IMG/VR virus record: IMGVR_UViG_3300017780_003084
Span: 26,330-90,329 of that record
Length of the DNA: 64,000 bases
Strand: one strand, 5' to 3'
Origin: a virus
Lineage: Duplodnaviria > Caudoviricetes
This document shows, piece by piece, positions 39,231 through 50,500 of the stretch (positions are counted from its first letter, which is position 1; every line of letters starts with the position of its first letter). The notes under the pieces were generated by a model. That model did no database searches, was not told where the DNA came from, and saw only the letters and a program-made list of their open reading frames with translations. The position numbers and the translations under genes were made by a program.

Positions 39231-41261
39231 ATGATTAAAAAAGAAAGAGTAAAGTTTCAGCCTTGTAGTGAAAAGCAGAGGCTGATTCTCATGGATAACA
39301 CTACAGATGTTATTCTTATTGGTGGTTAAAATGCTCTGCCTCCAATTCAAAAACAATTCTCTAATTAGGTGGAACCCCTTGAAATAGGGCAATACCTAGC
39401 GAAGCCTAGAAATAGGAACGTGTGACGGTCAGCCAAAAGGCGTAGCATCAAGTGATGTGAAACGGGAATCAGGCGAAAGCTGGAAGATATGACCTCATCT
39501 GTATAGTAATATACAGCAGTTTAATAAACGGCAGTTACTTAACGAGAAACTGTGAAGACATCCGCTTGGGAGCTGGCGGGGGCAAATCGAGGATTTGCCT
39601 TACAAAAAATTTAGATGGGATTAAAGACCCTAAATTTAGATGTGTAATCCTAAGACGTTTTGAACCAGAACTCAAGCGTCAGGGTGGATTAATAGATGAA
39701 TCTAAGAATGTTTATCCACACTTCACAAAAATACCTTACAAAAGCCAACAGAAATTGTGGGAGTTCCCTTCAGGTGCAACAATAGGATTCTCTGCAATTT
39801 CTTGTGATGATGACTTAGGAAGTTGGCAAGGTAGTCAATTAACGCGTAAATATTGCGCCTTTATTTAGAGATAGATAAAGCAAACTCATTGAACTCAGGG
39901 GAAGCATAGAAAATGTTATCCTGATCTAAGCCTAAAACAAGCAATATTGTTAGTGATAGGAAAGACCAACGACTATCCCGAAAGGGAGTACACTCAAGCG
40001 AGTGGAAGCGGTGAGAGTCCTCCTCTGAGGATTATGATATAGTCTGAACTATATAGGGATATATAGCAGCTTGAATAAAGCGAGATGAGTCTAGCGAACT
40101 CATTTGAACATTTTGATATTAATTGATGAAGCAGCAGATAAGTGGACTGAGAAGCAAGTGTTGTTCTTGCAATCACGTTTGCGTACAGTGGGTTCTGATA
40201 TCCACCCACAATTAATTATGTCTTGTAATCCAGACCCAAATAGTTTCTTATTCGATTGGGTGAAATTCTGCCTAGACGAAGATACAGGCGTACCAAAAGA
40301 AGGGACAGAACATATTATTAGATGGTTCTGTGTAGAGGATAACAAAGCTAAATGGGCTACAAGCCCTGAAGAGTGTTATGAACTATATGGGGCTCCTAAG
40401 AATCTTATCTATGCTCATGGTATGACAGAAGAGCAAATGAATGCATTCTCTAGAGAAGAGAAGATGCGGTTATTCATGCCGAAGAGTTTCAGATTTATCC
40501 CAACTGGAGTATTTGATAACGTATATCTTTTACCTCCGAAAAATAATAGTTATTTAGCGTCTCTACTCTCTCAACCTTATGTAAATCAGTTAAAATTTTT
40601 ACATGGAAGTTGGACTGCACGAGAGCTTGGGAGTTCTTACTTCGACAGAAAGTGGGTTCAAATTGTTGACCAGCCTCCTGTAAATGCCACAGCTAGGATA
40701 CGTTCTTGGGACTTCGCTTCAGAAGAAAAGACAAAAACTAACAACCCTGACTGGACAGCAGGTGTAAAAATGTCTAGGGATAGATATGGCATTTACTATA
40801 TCGAGAATGTTGTTAGAGTACAGATGCGGATTGATGGTGTTTTAAAAACTGTTATTGAGACTGCCAAAGCTGATGGTGTTGCTGAATGTGAAGTTTGTAT
40901 TCCAATTGACCCTGCAGCAGCAGGTAAGAGTAGTGCTCACTTCTTTCAGAAAGTATTGGCAGAGAATGGTATTCCTTGCAAGAAAGCTCAATCCTCTGGT
41001 CACAGCAGTAAGCTCACAAGATTTAAGCCGTTTTGTGCATTAGCTGAGAGTGGTAGTGTTCGTGTGGTTAAAGGTGACTGGAACGATGCATTCTTTGCAG
41101 AGCTTGAAGCATTTTCTGGTGACAAGGCAATTGAGAGAACCCAGAAGAACGATCAAGTTGATGCTTGCTCAGATAGTTTTAATCAATTAGCAAGACAATT
41201 GCAACTACCTGTGTTTTCTGTACCCTCCTTAACAAAACCCTCACCAGTCCCAACAATATAA
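39231..41261 (+). CDS. terL: Terminase large subunit, three exons: 39231-39326, 39569-39847, 40116-41261 (506 aa spliced)
   Basis: Splicing restores Walker A ILIGG|GAGGGKS and Walker B WQGSQLTR|ILIDE; nuclease motifs WDFAS, IPIDP and DQVDA in exon 3. Confidence 0.92.
39327..39568 (+). mobile_element. ORF-less group I intron 1 (242 nt, IA2-like)
   Basis: 5' exon ends in U pairing with IGS GCCUCC (U-G at the splice site); P10 GCUCU/GGAGC; P7.1/P7.2 hairpins; P7 GGUCA/UGACC; terminal G at 39568. Confidence 0.9.
39848..40115 (+). mobile_element. ORF-less group I intron 2 (268 nt, IA2-like)
   Basis: P1 GCGU/GCGC with U-G; P10 AAUAU/AUAUU; canonical ACGACUA (39969-39975) and GAUAUAGUC (40036-40044); terminal G at 40115. 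Confidence 0.9.
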
Positions 41262-41303
41262 CCTGTAATTATACCATAACTAATATATCTTGCAAGAAAT
41301 TAC

Positions 41304-41332
41304 TTGACATTTTTAACAGTAAGTGGTATAAT
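41304..41332 (+). promoter_or_regulatory. sigma70-type promoter for the head operon
   Basis: Perfect TTGACA-17 bp-TATAAT with a TG extension. Confidence 0.9.
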
Positions 41333-41373
41333 TACACCAAATTAAATAATAAGCATTACAAGGAGCAATAAAT

Positions 41374-42888
41374 ATGCCAGAAGCGAACGCGCCTGATGGC
41401 GTTGCATCAGCTCTACAGCCTGACAGTGGAACTATTATACCACGTATAAAACTATCGTCAACAGGTTTTTCTACCTTACGCACAGCTAACGGACGCATTT
41501 ACGAAGAAGCTAATGCCGCCTTCAGAATGCCAGCTCGTATCAAAGTAGTGGAAGAAATGAGACTCAGCCCTCCTGTAGCCATAGGAATGAACGCTATTAG
41601 AATGCTTATGAATCGTGCAGAAATGTATGTAGAGCCTTTTGATGACACTCCTAATCACAGAGAACGTGCAAAGTTCTTACACTCTTGTTTGCACGACATG
41701 GAAGAAACATTCCAGCAAACAATGCAGAATACTTTCCCTGTTCTTGAATATGGCTTCCACGTATCTGAAAAAGTATATCGTAGACGCTTAAAAGTAAATG
41801 GTAGTAAATACAATGATGGTCTTGTAGGGCTTAAATGCCTTGCAACTCGCCCTCAAGCTTCCATTGAAAAGTGGAATTTCTCAGAAGATGGTAGAGAGCT
41901 TGTCAGTGTATCACAGTCTATTGTAAATTTGGAGAATAGTTATAGATTTCAAAATCTCACAGACAAAAATGGTTTAATTGTTATCCCTCGCGAGAAGTTC
42001 GTCCTCTTCAATGTTGACCCTACTAACGGCAATCCTGAAGGTAACTCAGTTCTTAAAGCAGCTTACTTAGCTTACAAGCAATTAACATTGCTAACAGACA
42101 ATATGATGACAGGTGTTGCCAAAGATACACAGGGTCTTCCTGTTATTGGTATCCCTCCTCAGTTTATGGCTCCAGATGCTAGTGACGATCAAAAAGCTGT
42201 CTATCAGATGTTCATGAAGATTGTTGATGATTTAGCAAGTGGCACTCAGCGCGGTATTGTCATGCCAAAGTCTTACGACATGGATTCCAAGGGTGAAATG
42301 TTCACTGTGGAATTGTTAGAGTCTAAAGGTGGTAAGGCTTACAACGTGTTAGAGATTATCAAGACACTTCAAGCTAACATTCTTTCTGTGCTGTCATGTG
42401 ATGCTGTCAAGATGGGGAGTGATACTGCAGGTTCGTTGAGTTTAGAGGATGGCGACACAAATTTGTTGGCGATGGCTGTTAGTTATCGCTTAATGGAGAT
42501 TGCTAATGCTTTGAACAAGGATTTAGTGCAGCAGCTATGGACACTCAACGGATGGGACTTGTCAGAAATGCCTCAGATTAAATTCAAGGATGTTTCTAAT
42601 GTATCTCAGGAAACTTTCAGTAAGTTTATACAACGTGTGGCTTCAACAGGTCTGTTAGAACTTGATCGTGGTGTCATGAACCGTGTACGAGAAGTTGGTG
42701 GATTTGATTTGCTTCCACATGATCTTCCAATTCAAGAAGATATGTTATCAACAACTATGACTGGAAAAGCCTCTAGTGCATCAGAGGGTATGGAGGTCGG
42801 GGTTGGTAATACTGTTGAGGGTGGAACGTCTAAAGGTGGTGGTAAGAAGACTGACAATTCTGTAAAAAATAGTGAGAACAAAGGATAA
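41374..42888 (+). CDS. Portal protein
   Basis: 504 aa directly after terL; YGFHVSEKVY, NPEGNSVLKAAY, GLPVIGIP and GSLSL patterns of DUF935/Felix O1-like portals. Confidence 0.85.
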   Translation: MPEANAPDGVASALQPDSGTIIPRIKLSSTGFSTLRTANGRIYEEANAAFRMPARIKVVEEMRLSPPVAIGMNAIRMLMNRAEMYVEPFDDTPNHRERAKFLHSCLHDMEETFQQTMQNTFPVLEYGFHVSEKVYRRRLKVNGSKYNDGLVGLKCLATRPQASIEKWNFSEDGRELVSVSQSIVNLENSYRFQNLTDKNGLIVIPREKFVLFNVDPTNGNPEGNSVLKAAYLAYKQLTLLTDNMMTGVAKDTQGLPVIGIPPQFMAPDASDDQKAVYQMFMKIVDDLASGTQRGIVMPKSYDMDSKGEMFTVELLESKGGKAYNVLEIIKTLQANILSVLSCDAVKMGSDTAGSLSLEDGDTNLLAMAVSYRLMEIANALNKDLVQQLWTLNGWDLSEMPQIKFKDVSNVSQETFSKFIQRVASTGLLELDRGVMNRVREVGGFDLLPHDLPIQEDMLSTTMTGKASSASEGMEVGVGNTVEGGTSKGGGKKTDNSVKNSENKG

Positions 42889-42890
42889 CG

Positions 42891-43727
42891 ATGTCACATG
42901 AATTAATTCGACTTATGGGAAGTGTAATAAATTCGCCACAACTCATCACACAAGATAGTTTTGCACCAATCCTCGATTACTTAACCTTGCGCAATACAGG
43001 TTTGATTGATATGAGAGATACCTCTAAAGAATCTCCTAAGAAGCCAGAGCATGTTAAAGCAAATTCTGGTAAATCTATTGGTGAGATTCAAGTATCTGGG
43101 GCTTTGACTTACAAACCTGTTCAAATGATGTGTGCTCCTGATGGGACAAGTTACCAACAACTTATCACAGACACAGAGCAACTAGTCTCGCAAGGCGTTA
43201 AAACTATATTATACACGCATTCGAGTGGAGGTGGAGAAGCTGCACATTGTTTTACTACAGCCAACCGACTACGTGAATTGGCAGATGAGAATGATGTAAC
43301 TCTTGTGACTTACATTGATGAAATGTCAGCTTCAGCAGCTCTTGCATTAGGTATTGTCTCTGACCATGTAGTTATTCATCCGAGTGCTAAGACTGGCAGT
43401 ATTGGTTGCGTTTGTGCAGTCGTAGATCGTAGCAAGGCTTTAGCAGACGCTGGATTGAAACCAATCTATATCAGCTCAACTGCAGGAAAAACGCCATTTC
43501 AGTCTGACGGTTCATTCAGCCAAAGCTTTTTGGACAATCTTCAATCAGAAGTAACAGAACTTGGTAATCAGTTTGCACAGCACGTAGAAAAATATACAAG
43601 TATTCCAGTTGATGAGATTCTTGCACTGGATGCTCAAGTATTTAATGCTAAACGTGCCAAAGAGCTAGGACTTGTTACAGCCGTGATGAACCATCAAGAA
43701 TTCGCAGATTTTCTTGCAAACCTTTAA
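42891..43727 (+). CDS. Prohead protease (S49/SppA-like)
   Basis: SSGGGE, SASAALALG, TGSIGCV. Confidence 0.88.
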   Translation: MSHELIRLMGSVINSPQLITQDSFAPILDYLTLRNTGLIDMRDTSKESPKKPEHVKANSGKSIGEIQVSGALTYKPVQMMCAPDGTSYQQLITDTEQLVSQGVKTILYTHSSGGGEAAHCFTTANRLRELADENDVTLVTYIDEMSASAALALGIVSDHVVIHPSAKTGSIGCVCAVVDRSKALADAGLKPIYISSTAGKTPFQSDGSFSQSFLDNLQSEVTELGNQFAQHVEKYTSIPVDEILALDAQVFNAKRAKELGLVTAVMNHQEFADFLANL

Positions 43728-43735
43728 GGACAAAT

Positions 43736-44263
43736 ATGTTAGACCATTTGAAAAAGTATTTTTCTACGCAAGTAGAAACCACCCCTGCGCAAGCAGACAT
43801 TGAAAAGGAAGTCGTTAATATGACTACAGCAACAGAGCAGCCAATGGCGGCTGAAAACAACTCCGCAGACTTGGTAGCACAGCTTGCTTCCTCTACATCT
43901 GCTTTAACTGAATTGCAAGCTTCTTTTGCAGAGCTTACTTCTAAGTTTGAAACAGCTCAAGCTGCTTTGACAGCAGTAGAAAATGAGAAGCAAGAATTGG
44001 CAACTAAGGCTGTAGAAGCCCGAACAGCATCTCGTAAAGAATCCCTAGAAGCTGTAATTGGAACTGCTAAAGCAGCTACATTACTAACTTCATTGGAAGT
44101 GTTGGATGACACAGCGTTTGCTGCTGTTGTATCAACTATGAAGGTCAATCTCGATGCAGAAGCAAAGAGTGAAGCTTTCACTGAAACAGGCGTGGCAGCA
44201 GAAGCAAACTCAGACGTGCAAGTAGCACACTTCAAAGATTATATTAAAAAAGGAAATAAATAA
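43736..44263 (+). CDS. Scaffold protein
   Basis: Ala/Glu-rich coiled coil between the protease and the decoration gene. Confidence 0.7.
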   Translation: MLDHLKKYFSTQVETTPAQADIEKEVVNMTTATEQPMAAENNSADLVAQLASSTSALTELQASFAELTSKFETAQAALTAVENEKQELATKAVEARTASRKESLEAVIGTAKAATLLTSLEVLDDTAFAAVVSTMKVNLDAEAKSEAFTETGVAAEANSDVQVAHFKDYIKKGNK

Positions 44264-44652
44264 TGACTAAATTAGCAACACTCGGCAAAAAACTTTCAGG
44301 TGTATTAGCATTTGAAGATATGCCAGAACACGGTTTTTGCCGTAAGACAGTAACAGTGACTATCCAAGCTAATATGGATGTTGGTGCAGTTTTGCATTTA
44401 ACTGGTGGTAAGTATGTTTGGGTGCAACAATCCACTCACGCTGCAGCTACTGACGTGTGTGTATTGATTGACCACATGAAAGACATTCCAAGCTTGGCAG
44501 CAGGCGATCACCAATTAGCAGTGTTATATCGTGGTAGTGCTGGGGTTGTAGATACTGGCTTGTTGTACAAAGATACTTTGTCTGGTGCTGAGAAATTGGT
44601 AGTGCAAGGTAAGTTGGAAACAAAAGGCGTAGTAACGCGCACTGCTGTTTAA
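44263..44652 (+). CDS. Head decoration protein
   Basis: 129 aa immediately before the major capsid gene; lambda gpD-like position and size. Confidence 0.7.
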   Translation: MTKLATLGKKLSGVLAFEDMPEHGFCRKTVTVTIQANMDVGAVLHLTGGKYVWVQQSTHAAATDVCVLIDHMKDIPSLAAGDHQLAVLYRGSAGVVDTGLLYKDTLSGAEKLVVQGKLETKGVVTRTAV

Positions 44653-44678
44653 TAGATAAAAGAATAAGGAATAAATAA

Positions 44679-45719
44679 ATGAACATTCGTGATTACTTCA
44701 ATAGCTTTAAGAATGCCGACTTCGTAGACGGTATCACTAACACACCTTTGCAATACGGTTATATTAATAGCCAAAACATGTTCAATGTTAAAGGTACTAA
44801 CCAAACAGCGATCATCTTTGATAAAGATGCTACTACTACAACTTTGTTGCCTCAAGTAAATCGTGGTGATAAGTCTGCGACGCAGAATAAAGAACGTGGC
44901 GCAGAAACATTCGCATTGAAACTAGCATACTTCAAACATGAAGACCGCTTGACTGGCGAAGATATTCAATCTTGGCGCAAAGTTGGCTCTACAGAAAGCC
45001 AAACATTGGCTGCTGCTACTGCCGACAAGTTGACAGATATGCGTCGCACTTGGGATCAGACTAATGAATACTTGAAATTGCAAGCACTCAAAGGTATTGC
45101 TAAAACGCCAGATGGTACAGTATTAGCAAACATGTTTACAGAGTTTGGTATCACTCAAACTCCTGTTGACTTCTTGTTAGGTACTTCTACTACTAACGTA
45201 GACCAAAAGATTCGTCAATTGAAGACAGCAATTTCTAAGAACTTGCAGAATGGCGGGGCTATCTCCGGTATTGACGTATTGGTTGACCCGTTGTTCTTCG
45301 ACAAGTTGATTTCTCATGCAAACATGAAGACAGCTTACCAATCTTATGTAAACTCTGGTAAACAGTTGTTACGTGACGATTTGTCTAGCTACATGAAATG
45401 GGGCATTATGGATAGCTTCAACTTCCGTGGTGTGAACTTCATCTCCTACGATGCAACATTCAACTTACCAAATGGTTCTACAGAAGACGCTTTCGCAGCA
45501 TCCTCTGGTACAGCCTATGCAACAGGTTCAAAAGACTTGTTCCGTGGCTATAATGGTCCAAGTAACAAGCTTTCTGCAGCTAACGAAGTTGGTCAAGAAA
45601 TCTACATGAATACTTATGTTGATCCTAAAGATGAATTCGTAGAGTTTGAAATGGAAGCAGCTCCATTGTACTTCTGTACACGTCCTGCATCATTAATCGC
45701 AGTTTCTTCGTCAAACTAA
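44679..45719 (+). CDS. Major capsid protein (phage_cap_E-like)
   Basis: 346 aa with highly biased codon usage; EYLKLQALKG, FTEFGI and EAAPLYFCTRP patterns; followed by a terminator. Confidence 0.9.
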   Translation: MNIRDYFNSFKNADFVDGITNTPLQYGYINSQNMFNVKGTNQTAIIFDKDATTTTLLPQVNRGDKSATQNKERGAETFALKLAYFKHEDRLTGEDIQSWRKVGSTESQTLAAATADKLTDMRRTWDQTNEYLKLQALKGIAKTPDGTVLANMFTEFGITQTPVDFLLGTSTTNVDQKIRQLKTAISKNLQNGGAISGIDVLVDPLFFDKLISHANMKTAYQSYVNSGKQLLRDDLSSYMKWGIMDSFNFRGVNFISYDATFNLPNGSTEDAFAASSGTAYATGSKDLFRGYNGPSNKLSAANEVGQEIYMNTYVDPKDEFVEFEMEAAPLYFCTRPASLIAVSSSN

Positions 45720-45739
45720 TTAACACAGTCTGTTAATAA

Positions 45740-45770
45740 AATACCTTCTCAGAAATGGGAGGGTATTTCA
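45740..45770 (+). terminator. Terminator after the capsid gene
   Basis: AATACCTTCTCA-GAAA-TGGGAGGGTATT. Confidence 0.7.
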
Positions 45771-45798
45771 GTTAGTAGATTTCTTCAAAGGATATAAC

Positions 45799-46218
45799 AT
45801 GGCAGTCATAGACGCAAGTACAAACTTAGGGCGTGTACGCTTGAAAATTGGTGATACGAGCGATTTGCCTATTCTCAGTAACGGAGTAATAAACCAGACA
45901 CTTATCGACAACAATAACAGTGTTTCTCGTGCCACCACAACATGTGCTCAATATATATTAGCCTTGCTGAGTCAGAACTCGCATCAAAAATTAATTGGCA
46001 TAGAAATCTGGGGTTCTGAAGCTTTTAACAACTACTTGACATATTTAATGAAAGTAGTTCTTAATCCTAACCTAGCACAAATCTGCCCTATTCCATACTC
46101 TGCAAGCAATGACACAGTTCATCCTTTGATAGAATTCCAAAAAAATTGGGATGGTAACTTCCACAATGGAACGCAGAGTGAGCAGCTTGCCTTGGATAAT
46201 ACTAGCGTGTACTCATGA
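45799..46218 (+). CDS. Head-tail adaptor (positional call)
   Basis: RVRLKIGD motif; first gene after the major capsid gene. Confidence 0.6.
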   Translation: MAVIDASTNLGRVRLKIGDTSDLPILSNGVINQTLIDNNNSVSRATTTCAQYILALLSQNSHQKLIGIEIWGSEAFNNYLTYLMKVVLNPNLAQICPIPYSASNDTVHPLIEFQKNWDGNFHNGTQSEQLALDNTSVYS

Positions 46219-46616
46219 GAATAAACTTAAATCAATTCCACAATGTTGTAAGGGATATGTTAGGTGCATTTAAAGGGGTTGGAACTCTTAACGTGTTTTC
46301 AGATGGAACATACACAGACGGTGAAGTTGTGAGCACAAAGACTACGTATCAAGTTGAGCAAGGAATGTTTGACTTTCCACAAAGCAATTCGGGGATGGGT
46401 TCAAAGTTTGGTACGTTGATTGAGGATGGTGACAAATATTGTCTCATGCGCCCTGTAAATCAAACAGACCCAGATGCTACACCCCCTGTAATTAAAGCTA
46501 ACAGGGACTCAATAACAATAGATAATGTAGAGTGGAAAATCTTTGCATTAAAGACAGTCAATCCTAGTGGAATAAATGGGAATGATTTTTTATTTGAATT
46601 TCACTTGCGCAAATAA
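46215..46616 (+). CDS. Head closure/neck protein (positional call)
   Basis: Beta-rich, GTLIEDGD...ITIDNVEW...VNP pattern. Confidence 0.6.
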   Translation: MRINLNQFHNVVRDMLGAFKGVGTLNVFSDGTYTDGEVVSTKTTYQVEQGMFDFPQSNSGMGSKFGTLIEDGDKYCLMRPVNQTDPDATPPVIKANRDSITIDNVEWKIFALKTVNPSGINGNDFLFEFHLRK

Positions 46617-46619
46617 TAT

Positions 46620-47567
46620 ATGGTGAGACAATACACTACTGATATTTTCAAAGATGTTGCTGAGAAGGCACACGGAAATAAGTATGATTACTCGAAAGTA
46701 GATTACACAAAAAGTACAGAGAAGGTTGTGATTATCTGCAGCCAACACGGTGAATTTAGTCAAGTTGCTGCGGAACATGTAAGAGGGAGAGGTTGTGATA
46801 AGTGTGGGGGTACTGCCAAATCCAATAAGGAAGAGTTTGTACAGAAATCCAAAGAAGTTCATAACAGTAAGTATGACTACACAGAATCTGTGTATGTGAA
46901 CGATTCAGTTAAGTTAAGGATATTATGCAATAAATGTTCTCTTACATTTGACCAATCCCCAAACAATCACTTGCAAGGTCACGGTTGCCCTTATTGCATG
47001 GTAGAAATCATTAGCGAAAAACAGAGGTCTAACACTCCTGAGTTCAAGGAAAAGATAGTCTCTTTATATGGGAATAAGTTTGATCTAAGTAAAACTCAGT
47101 ACGGTAAAAATTGTAAGGAAAAAGTAATAGTCACTTGCCACACTCACGGAGATTTCCGAATCACTCCTACTGATCTTATAAGTGGAAATGGATGTCCTGC
47201 TTGTGCTAAGTATGGTTTTAGAGATAATATAAAAGGGTCTCTGTATGTCGCAACGTCAGGGGATTTGACTAAGGTTGGTCTTACAAATACTTCCGCTGAA
47301 AAAAGGATACAACAGGTTTCGAGAAGTTCAGGCTTGTGCTTTCAACTTATTAAAGTGTACGACACTCTACCAACAGGTAGTTTACGTGAGCTGGAGGGCA
47401 GTGTTCTTTTACATTTAAAAAAGCGATACAAGAATCCTGTAAACAAATTTAACGGGTATACCGAGAGCTTTTGTGATGTAAACTTAATAGAACTTCTAAA
47501 CACCATAGATACTCAAGTATCTAACATAGACAATACAAAAGGAAATAAACATGAGTCTTCAGTATAG
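46620..47567 (+). CDS. Free-standing homing endonuclease-like protein (three Zn-ribbon repeats plus GIY-YIG-like C-terminus)
   Basis: KYDYSK...C..HG.F......H..G.GC..C three times; LYV...TKVGLT...RI; overlaps the next start by 17 nt. Confidence 0.75.
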   Translation: MVRQYTTDIFKDVAEKAHGNKYDYSKVDYTKSTEKVVIICSQHGEFSQVAAEHVRGRGCDKCGGTAKSNKEEFVQKSKEVHNSKYDYTESVYVNDSVKLRILCNKCSLTFDQSPNNHLQGHGCPYCMVEIISEKQRSNTPEFKEKIVSLYGNKFDLSKTQYGKNCKEKVIVTCHTHGDFRITPTDLISGNGCPACAKYGFRDNIKGSLYVATSGDLTKVGLTNTSAEKRIQQVSRSSGLCFQLIKVYDTLPTGSLRELEGSVLLHLKKRYKNPVNKFNGYTESFCDVNLIELLNTIDTQVSNIDNTKGNKHESSV

Positions 47568-50500
47568 TATTTTGGTAAACAATGCGCGTCTTGACGCAAT
47601 TGAAGCAACAATAGGAACATCTCCTAAATTACGTGGTTACACAGGTTCTATGCCTGCGAACTGTGCAGCCGCAGCTACAGGTACACTGTTATTCGAGATG
47701 TCCCTCCCTTCAGATTGGATGGCAGCAGCATCTGGCGGCATTAAAGTTAAGGCTGGTTCTTGGGTTGATACAGCAGACGCTGTTGGGACGATTGGTTATT
47801 GTCGTATTCTTGATACTGCTGCCAGCGCCACAGGTCTACAGGGAGACGCAGGTATGGGTAGTGGAACATTTAACTTCGACAACACATCATGCGCAACTGG
47901 ACAATCTGTTACCATTAACACATTTCAACTAACAGCGGCTAATACTTAATTATGGCAGCTAAAGGCACTATAGAGATAAATTTCTCAACAGGCTCCAACG
48001 AAGCTTCGGTAGCTGTCACAGGTCAAACTGCGATTACATCTTCCAACGCAGCAGAAGCTTGGATTATGCGAGAAGCCTCTACAGACCACACTGCAAACGA
48101 TCATGCATACGCAGCCTTGTTCATGGCTCTCACATGCAACACTCCTACAGACGGTGTAGGTTTTACAATATACGCTACAACCACTGAGAAGCTTTCTGGA
48201 AAGTTTTCTCTTCGGTGGGTGTGGGCTTAATAAGGAAACAGCATGAGCTTAGATAGTAAAATTTTTGGTAGTACAAGTAATAATGGAGTAGAAGCAGACG
48301 TAGGGGGTCATCTAAAAACTACTACGTCGCTCGACCCTAGATATATGGGTGGTTCAAGACAGTTTAATGAGAATGACACTGGAAGTATCACAGGAAATCC
48401 TTGGCTCCACTCATCTGAAGTAGACACTGATTTCAGGTTGCGTGTGTCTCAAGATATTATTTTAGATGAAGAAGTATTTAACTACGTAGCTCAGAACACT
48501 GGTAAACACTCTCACGCAACTACTACAATGACAAGCTCGTGGGCTGCTGGACAGTTCACCACAAACTCTACCAGTATTGCCACAACAAATACAGGTGTGC
48601 AGTTACTGACGTATGCCACATTTCCTACTACGGGGACGCAGACGCTAAGTGCTGACATGATTGTTGGATTTAGTGCTCAACCTAATGTAAACACATTCGT
48701 AGAGTTTGGATTCATGCAAGCCACATCTACCACAGCACCACCTACTGATGGTTGTTTCTTTAGGTTGAGTTCAGCAGGTTTGCAAGGTATCTTATCCAAT
48801 AATGGTACAGAGACTTCTACAGGGGTGTTCCCCTTATCTGGTGGCACTGGTACATGGGCTTACACAAATAACAAGAGGTATCAGTTCATCTGCTACCTTG
48901 GAGGTGTTGCGGCTTATTTTTGGGTGAATAATGGTGCTTCTACTGAATTACTGGGGAGCATACCATTACCAGCAGCGCAGCACAGACTTGTTATGGCTGC
49001 GGGTGTGCAAATAGGACTCAAACACCGCATTATAGGTGGTACTGCAGGTAGTGTATTTCAGGTACAATTAGGCTCTTACAATGTCCGTCTCGGTGGTTCA
49101 AATCTATCTACTACCCCATGTACACAAGGTAATCGTATTTACGGAAGTTATCAAGGACAATCTGGTGGGACAATGGGTTCTTTGGCAAACTACGTCAATA
49201 GTACCAACCCTACAGCAGCAGTCCCAACTAATACCACAGCGGCATTAGGTGTTGGTTTAGGAGGGCAATTTTGGGAAACAGTTTCGCTGGCTGTTAACAC
49301 TGATGGTATTATTTGTTCATACCAAGTTCCTGCTGTATCTCTGAACGGTACATCACGTAGGTTAGTTATCTGTGGGGTGTACTTAACTAGCTATGTACAG
49401 ATGGTGGTTGCGGGTGCTCCTTATGTTGCTCAATACTCATTAGCTTGGGGACATACAGCCGTGTCTCTTGCGACAGCAGAATCTTCTACAGCAAAAGCTC
49501 CAAGACGTATATCTTTACCGTTTACACAACTTGTAACAGCAAACCAAGCAGTGAGCACGTTAATACAGCAACCATCAACATTTTGTGATTTAGGCGAGGC
49601 TCCTATTTTCGTTAATGCTGGTGAATTTATTCAATTAGTGACAAAACACGTTGGGACTGCTGGTACCACTGGAGTGGTTGCCCACAATGTAACATTCGTC
49701 TACGGATGGGAGTAATTTCTTAGGAGCTTTAGATGTCATTACTGTTAGCTCTCTTAAATAATCTCCCTGCAATAACAGGGTCTGTGGATATAACAGAATC
49801 TGCAGACTCTCTAACAAGTAGCTCCTCGTTAGAAGCATCTGCTAGTTTAAGTCTTTTAGAAGAGTCTGATGGACTTTCTGCCCAAGCACTTGTAAACATT
49901 ACATCTAATTCAACAACTGCAGAGCAAGACGACTCAGCAGTTGTAGCAGGTGGAGTAGGGATAACTTCAACCTGTAATACTACCGAAGCGTTAGACACTT
50001 GTACAACAACTGGTGTATTAACACTTACATGCTCTACCAACTCAACAGAAGTTGGAGATAACTTAAGTAGTTTAATTAGTAATTCCATTGTAGCAAATTT
50101 AATAGCTACAGAGCAACCTGACACATTGGTAGCTACGGCAGTGATAGGATTTCTCGGTATTATTGGTGACTTGTCAATTACAGAGCAACCAGATATTTTA
50201 GCTTCAATTGCTACATTGATTGTAGCTGCTAACTCAGACATCTATGAGCTACCAGACGGAATTACCTCAACAGGAAGTCTTAGTGTTGTTGCTGGTGTTT
50301 CAACAGTTGAATCTGGAGATGTGCTAACAAGTAGTGGCGTAGTTTTTACACCTCTTGCTTATGTACTAAATGCATTGCGAAAACAATGTGTTAGTCGTGA
50401 GTGCAGATTCCTTATATTAAAAGAACAAGACAGATTCTTCGTTAGAAAGAAACGTCTAAAACTTGTTGATATAGGATATGAAGATAGATACAGAGTAATA

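Noticed and set aside
26059-39720. Single TTATCCACA matches at 26059-26067 and 39712-39720
   Set aside because: Isolated and inside coding sequence; plausible by chance, unlike the 20.6-kb cluster.
39566-40115. TTG-started ORFs 39566-39868 and 40104-41261 as separate genes, and an alternative 3' splice site at G40106
   Set aside because: They are terL exons. Splicing at G40115 gives the expected spacing QGSQLTRILIDE and a perfect P10, whereas G40106 adds three residues before Walker B.
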